Below are positions 9,192 to 13,564 of a stretch of 13,564 nt of DNA, in pieces. The position numbers and the translations under genes are program-made. Origin of the DNA: Octopus sinensis (Eukaryota); the NCBI RefSeq assembly GCF_006345805.1, contig NW_021826120.1:1-13564 (forward strand), read 5' to 3'. Under the pieces are notes generated by a model. The model was not told where the DNA came from and did no database searches. It saw only the letters and a list, made by a program, of their open reading frames with translations. Every line of letters starts with the position of its first letter. The stretch's first letter is position 1.

Positions 9192-9558
9192 TGATTAATG
9201 CTAATCTTTTCAACTTTTTAGAACTTTTTTTATTAATAAGATTTTATTTTTTTATTATCAATATTTTTTTGCAATGAAATGTTTTGTAGGAAAAATATTT
9301 GTTTTGTATTTAGATAATTGACCTGACCGATCTGGCGCCCCGGCCGGTCTGGACGGTGACATTATATATTTAAAAAAGGATTATATTCGGGAGTAATCAA
9401 AAAGTTATTTCATTATTTAGACAGCAAAAAGCACTGACAAGCAGGTTGTTGATTCTTTAAACTTTGATAATTTTGTAATTGTGTTTAAAAAGTAGTATCC
9501 TTGCTTATCATCAATTACATATTTTGCTTTTCTCTTACTAATCAGTAGGGCGATTTTT

Positions 9559-9650
9559 TTTTAACCTGAAAAATAAAAATTTTAACCTAAAAACTTTAAC
9601 TTTATTAACCTAAAAACTAAAAAAATTAACCCAAAAATTTAACTTTATAA
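9559..9650 (+). repeat. Degenerate minisatellite of TTAACCTAAAAA-like units
   Basis: TTAACCTGAAAAA, TTAACCTAAAAACT (twice), TTAACCCAAAAA and TTTAACTTTAT (twice). Confidence 0.55.
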
Positions 9651-10782
9651 ATAAACAATAAAAACACTAAAACTGTTTGTTGCACATACAAATTACATAA
9701 TTTTCTAAATTTTCTTATAGAAAATTTCGGTTGGATCTTAGAAAACTCTTATTAGTGAGAAAGTTCTTTCAACCGAACAATCTTCCCGCAAAACATCAAT
9801 AGTCGATGTGTATTAAATATAAGCTAAGGTTCAAAACATTTGTGCTATACTAGTCAAGTCAATGATTCCTAAAACGAGGACTGTCTGACTTAATTAAATG
9901 TAAAAAATAAATATTAATCATCAATACACAATTTTGTTAGCCAAACTCGGACATTAGAAAAAACTTCTGGCTTACACCTTTTTGTTAGAGATTAGCGGCA
10001 TTCCTTTCATTTTTAAAAGAAAGTGAGATCTCAGCGAGATCAGCTGGTTGTTCTCTTTGGCAATTGTTGCTCTTCTTTTGCGTTAATTTTTCTTAATGTT
10101 TTTAATTAAAAAATCAGTTAAAAAAATTAAATTTTGTATTACACTCCGTCCTTGATTTGGAACAGACCTTGGGACTGAAACATTTTAGTTTTTTGAACAC
10201 TTTGTGTTTGGAAAAAAATTTCTTAATATAGAGTAGTGGTTCTCAACGGTGGGCGATTCGCCCCCTAGGGGCGATTTTTTCTGCCAGGGGGGCGATGGCT
10301 GATTGCTAATATTTGAAAAATTAAAATCTTATGTTAGAAGTCGATAATCTTTAAAAAAATAAAGATATATAATCGAGTCTAATAATATTTATTAATAATA
10401 TGATATTTTTATTATATTTTATTTAAATTTCTAAGCGTGATTTCTAGTTATCTTTATGGGTCGTGTTCAAAAAAAGTCAGAATGTATAAAGATGAATATA
10501 TTTCTCTTGGATTTATTAAAGATCCTCAAGATCCTAATAAACCACTTTGTCTTCAATGTGGTACAATTTTTTCGAATGAGGCAATGAAACCGTCTCGTTT
10601 GATTGAACATTTAAAGCGAAAACATCATAATTCAATTGGAAAAAAGCCAGACTTTTTTCTAGAATTAAAAAAGAATTTTGAAAATAAAAACACCTTACCG
10701 TCAATCTTTAATAAAAATATATCTCAAAATGTCTCTGGATTATCTTATTCATATAAAGTTGCAGAGATAATCGCAAAAACTG

Positions 10783-10807
10783 GTTGCATTATTATTTTAA
10801 TTTATAG
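10783..10807 (+). other. 25-nt spliceosomal intron in the hAT transposase
   Basis: GTTGCA...TTTATAG. Removal restores AKTGNAHSIAENVIRPC, matching the Buster AKxxKPHTIAE motif. Confidence 0.85.
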
Positions 10808-11063
10808 GTAATGCCCATTCGATTGCAGAAAATGTCATCCGTCCTTGTTTAAATTTATTTATAAACGATATCTTACAAAAAGATTCTTCAAATATTATGA
10901 AGACTATTCCATTAAGCAACGACACTATACGAAGAAGAATTGATGAAATTTTTAATGAAATTGAACAATCTTTAATTTTATTTCTCAGAGAACGCAAGTT
11001 TTCAGTCCAACTTGACGAATCAGTTGTTGTTGATAATCAGTCAATTTTGATGGCATATGTAAG

Positions 11064-11093
11064 GTATTACTTTTTATAAATACTTTTATAAAG
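11064..11093 (+). other. 30-nt spliceosomal intron in the hAT transposase
   Basis: GTATTA...ATAAAG contains an in-frame TAA. Removal gives AYVRYFDDDSILQEELLF. Confidence 0.85.
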
Positions 11094-12694
11094 ATATTTC
11101 GATGATGATTCTATTTTGCAAGAAGAGTTATTATTTGCAAAATCTTTAGTCACGGATACTACAGGATTGTCAATATTCAAAATGTTTGAATCTTATTTAT
11201 TCTTAAATGATATTCCATTTGAACATATTTTATCGTGCGCAACTGATGGCGCAATGGCTATGGTTAGAAAATATCGTGGTTTTTTAGCTTTTCTAAAACA
11301 AAAATCTCCAATGTCCACTTCAATTCATTGTATTTTACATCGGCATCATTTAATTGCAAAAAAATTATCTGAAGAATTGAATGCATCAATGCAAATTGTT
11401 ATCAAAGTTATCAATAAAATTAAAAGAAACAGCAAGTACGATCGTATTTTTCGTGAATACTACACTAATCAAAATGAAGATTATGTTAGGTTACTTTTAC
11501 ATACCGAAGTAAGATGGTTATCCAAGGGAAATTGTCTTGAAAGATTTGTGATATTATTTGATGCAATTGTTGATTTTTTAAGATTACAAGAAGAATTTAA
11601 ATTGTTTAATTCCTGCAAAATTCATAGAAAAAATATTTTTTATTTAAATTGGATTTTTAAAAAATTAAATGAAGTTTCATTGGCTTTACACGGAGATTAT
11701 GTTAATTTAATTGATTGCAAACGAATTATAAATACATTCATTGAAAAAATTCAATTTTACAAATTTAATTTAAGTAATAAAAAATTTGGAAAATTCGATT
11801 TTTATGACCACACTTTTGATGACAACGATCTGAAAATTTATGAATTTCATTTAGAATCTTTGGAACAAGATTTGAAAAAAAGATTTGAAGATTTAATTAA
11901 TTTAAACTTTTCTGATTGGATGATTAATCCTTGGTTGCCCATTCATTATGATTCTGATGATGAATGTCAAGAAGAATTAATAGAACTAAAAAACGACGAA
12001 GAACTGAAAATAAAATTTAAAAATGAAAACCTGACACAATTCTGGGGAGAAAAATCTATAAAAATGAAATTCCCGAAATTATGGGAAAAAATGATGCCAA
12101 TAATATTATGTTTTCCTACGTCATACTGCGTAGAGAGAGGATTCAGCACTCTGAATAGTATGATCGGAAAAAAAACTAAATATAAAAGAAAGAGGCGACA
12201 TTAGAATTACACTTACGAAAAGAAGTACAAATTTTTAAAAACTTGTCAATCTTCATCAACCACAAGGATCTCATTAAAACTCTTATTTTTTAAATAAAAA
12301 TTTTTACTAATGAAATAAGGGGGCGATATAAAAATTGGAGGGGCGAAAAAAATTCCAAGGGGGCGATACAAAAATAAAGGTTGAGAACCACTGATATAGA
12401 GAGTCCCTTTGAAGTTTTAAAATCCAGGCTTGAAGTTTTGGAATTCAGATATTCTCTTGAATATTGTTGAATTTTCTATCCATGTTCAGAATAAAATTTT
12501 TTTCAAAATAAATCTAAGATTGATAGATTCGTTCCGTTTTTTAATTGATCAGAATATATTCTGCAGCTACTATATCCTCCGTTAACTTTAATAACTAAAT
12601 AATTTTTATACTTTCAATTTGAAATAAAAATTAAAAAAGTTGGTTGGTTATTTTAATGAAAATTTTTTAAATGAATGAACTTTATTATTATTTA

Positions 12695-12720
12695 GGTACT
12701 TTTGTCGAAGTGGTCGCAGT
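12695..12720 (+). repeat. Candidate left TIR of the Merlin element
   Basis: GGTACTTTTGTCGAAGTGGTCGCAG begins with GG as Merlin TIRs do and is a GC-richer patch about 200 bp upstream of the ATG. A partner end would lie outside the window. Confidence 0.3.
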
Positions 12721-12899
12721 TTTTTTAGGCCTTTTAAAAAATCTAATAATTTTTGAGGTGGAATATATTATATTTTATTTAAGTCGCTCTATCAATAATT
12801 TAAAATATTATTAAATTTTTTACTAATTTATTTTCTAATTTTTTTAATATTATGGCGAGCATGTACCTAATATTGATATAAACTGGCACTATAGGTCAC

Positions 12900-13564
12900 A
12901 TGGAAAATTCTGTTGTGGACTTATGCAACATCAAATTCCGACAGCTCCCAATAAGTAAGGAGGATGCAGTGCATTTTCTGCAAAATGTGGATATCCTTTC
13001 AAAATCACGTATATGTCCGAAGGGACATCAGATGGAATTAGTCTTGGGACCGAAGCTCAATTGGAAATGCTCAAGAGTTGGTTGTAGAGTCCAATGTTCT
13101 ATTAAAAAAAGTATAATTTCTCTCAAATAATTCTAGATACCTGGTTAGAGAATTGTAGATTGCCATTTGAGGATGTCATCGCCTACATATACTTATGGAG
13201 TTACGATAGGCATACCTTCAAATGGCTTCATCACGAATACAATTGGGGTGAACATACATATGTCGATTGGGCTATGTTTTTACGTGAAGTCTGTGTGGAC
13301 GCACTTGTTAAAAGATCTGACGGCAAAATTGGTATTATTAATGTTTATTTCAGGTCTGTCTAGTAATTCGATAGGAGCAGAGAAACACTGCTCAGTCTAG
13401 TAATTCGATATGTCGAGGTGGGAAGCATTATTTATAGTGACTGCTGGAAAGGTTAGCATTATTTGATTAACATTTAGGGTATTCAACTGATCAATTGGTT
13501 GAAAACGGCTACACACACGAAACCGTTAACCATAAGTAAGGAAATATAATATATTCAGAAAATT
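12900..13564 (+). pseudogene. Merlin (IS1016/ISXO2-like) transposase, multi-exon, internally deleted, continues beyond the window
   Basis: CPKGH...WKC...C...SIKKNTWLENCRL...IYLWS...TYVDWAMFLREVC...KIG, then a gap where VEIDES...WVFG is expected, then DRSRETLL..IRYVEVGSIIYSDCWKGY...GYTHETVNH. The frame is restored by introns 13111-13136, 13332-13353, 13452-13477 and 13536-13558. Confidence 0.88.

Larger units (their letters stand above)
8229..9361 (-). mobile_element. Ginger2/Tdd-like DNA transposon, internally deleted
   Basis: About 36-bp TIRs TGTCACCGTCCAGA..GG.CGGGGCGCCAGATCGGT (from 8229; inverse copy ending 9361, 3 mismatches), TGT...ACA termini, and a 5-bp TSD TTATA (8224-8228 and 9362-9366). 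Confidence 0.78.
10456..12277 (+). pseudogene. Buster-type hAT transposase, 3 exons, frameshifts only near the termini
   Basis: BED finger PLCLQC...MKPSRLIEHLKRKH, then LSNDTIRRRI, QLDES (D), TDGA (D), HCILH, EVRWLS, TSYCVERGFS (E) and C-terminal HQPQGSH* at 12254-12277. Probable ATG at 10456 with one A missing at 10469-10475; further shifts near 12170-12240. Confidence 0.88.
10234..12393 (+). mobile_element. Full-length hAT transposon, Buster subfamily (2160 bp)
   Basis: 14-bp TIRs (T/C)AGTGGTTCTCAAC at 10234-10247 and 12380-12393. Perfect 8-bp TSD ATATAGAG (10226-10233 and 12394-12401) with central TA. Subterminal GGGGCGA repeats at both ends. Confidence 0.95.

Noticed and set aside
9559-9650. 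Telomeric repeat or CRISPR array
   Set aside because: Units are irregular, with no perfect telomere tandem, no constant repeat-spacer period and no cas genes.
1-13564. Naming the host taxon
   Set aside because: AT-richness, the standard code and 22-30 nt introns fit several unrelated compact-genome eukaryotes, and no host marker gene is present.

Overview
AT-rich eukaryotic DNA, read in the standard code, with tiny 22-30 nt GT-AG introns. It is mostly a nest of transposable-element remains: a Tc1 (DD34E) element, a 5'-truncated RT-type non-LTR retrotransposon with a (TAAC)n/A tail, a CRE-clade non-LTR 3' fragment with a restriction-like endonuclease, an internally deleted Ginger2-like element, one near-complete and two partial Buster-type hAT elements, and a Merlin element running off the right edge. 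The most unexpected feature is a ~1.8 kb decayed bacterial segment (about 3860-5640) that the ORF track largely misses. It carries fragments of tsp, euo, recJ and secDF in the gene order known from Chlamydiae, which points to an old insertion of chlamydial (endosymbiont) DNA into the host genome. No intact host gene or RNA gene could be identified. All family calls come from manual translation and motif recall, not database searches.
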